DNA from: Tubiluchus corallicola | Lineage: Eukaryota > Animalia > Priapulida | NCBI GenBank assembly: GCA_030141605.1 | Contig: JAQGDQ010000290.1 | Span: 230,693 to 294,692, forward strand | Direction: 5' to 3' | DNA: 64,000 nucleotides | Shown here: positions 63,083 to 64,000 of the stretch, piece by piece | Layout of the letters: each line of letters starts with the position of its first letter | Numbering within the stretch: the stretch's first letter is position 1 | Position numbers and translations under genes: made by a program | The notes under the pieces: model-generated | Database searches by the model: none | Seen by the model: the letters and a program-made list of their open reading frames with translations, nothing else | What the model was told of the DNA's origin: nothing

Positions 63083-64000
63083 GAGTAATTGACTATATTA
63101 AGATAACGACTACATCAAAGTGAACATGAATGAAACAATTTACATAAACACTACAAAATACAAACTTTGTAGTATAATATAGTATAGTATATAATATATG
63201 TAGTATAAACAAAATATGTAGTATAATGACTACATACCGAGAACTGGCAGTGGATTATGCTCGATAAGGAGGAGGTGGAGTGCCATAACATGATGATATG
63301 ACACCCCAAGCTAGCTAGAAAAAAATGGCAAGATTACAACTATATATACCTTCTGGGAAGGAAGCCTATATGCAAGTGATTACACGGCTAGTTGGGAATG
63401 AATGCAAAACTAGTTTACATTTAAATGTATACTATTAAAACAGGTTTGCATGGGCGGATCCATGCAACCATGCAAGGGCGGATCCATGCAACCATGAACA
63501 AACACTTTTACTCGAGAAAGGCCATACTTTCGTTCTTCCCGACATGTGCACCGTTTTTAAAAAAAATAGAGGATAAAAGCTATTTTCTACCATAAAATCA
63601 TGACCACTAATTAACATTTTGCACATACTATTCAATTTTGATGAATATCATGACACCTCTAACAACAGAAAGAATCATTAGTGTGATTAAATGTACAGGC
63701 GAACATTCTAGCAGAAAAAGCTGAGCTCAGTAATGTATACAAACTGAAAAAAAACAATTCAAACATTTCATTCAGCTATTTGAGTGACATTTTGTGCTAT
63801 TTGTGTTAATATTTACGTGCCAATGCTACTATTTTCGTTGCAAAATGTTTTATTGGTATTGCGGCTACATTGAGTAACCGTTTCTTGTAGTGTATTTATT
63901 GATTTTTTTTCAAAGATCGATGCACTATACGTGACAAACAAGATTTCATTATTTATCGTAACGTGGTCCGTATGACATTTATTTTCGACCCTCGGCTGAA

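Noticed and set aside
61849-63088. 376-aa hydrophobic and 289-aa basic repeat ORFs
   Set aside because: A 33-bp unit is a multiple of 3, so frames stay open on both strands; no unique flanking coding sequence

Overview
AT-rich, repeat-dense window from an invertebrate animal genome (spliceosomal introns, no prokaryotic features). I assembled four genes by hand from splice sites and reading frames. (1) The 5' end (2 coding exons, minus strand) of an hnRNP A1/A2-type RRM gene that runs off the left edge. (2) A complete 8-exon type II PIP kinase (PI5P 4-kinase, PIP4K2; plus strand, 6873-19348, 409 aa). Its normally invariant metal-binding IDIL aspartate reads Glu (LIEIL). (3) Thirteen in-frame exons (minus strand, 49848-27282, 575 aa) of a GABA-B-receptor-like class C GPCR. 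Its N-terminal lobe exons were not found in the window. (4) An intronless secreted VWA-domain gene (39539-40693) nested on the same strand inside a GPCR intron. The most unusual structures are tandem arrays anchored exactly on GPCR gene signals. One is a ~72-copy 29-bp array whose first unit is the splice donor, so every unit reads GT...AG. The other is a ~15-copy 78-bp hairpin array starting at the base after the stop codon. The rest is solo LTRs, tRNA-derived SINEs, hAT, piggyBac-like, Kolobok-like, Harbinger and Tc1-type MITEs (some nested), and micro/minisatellites that explain the long low-complexity ORFs. All family assignments come from motif recognition; no database searches were run.
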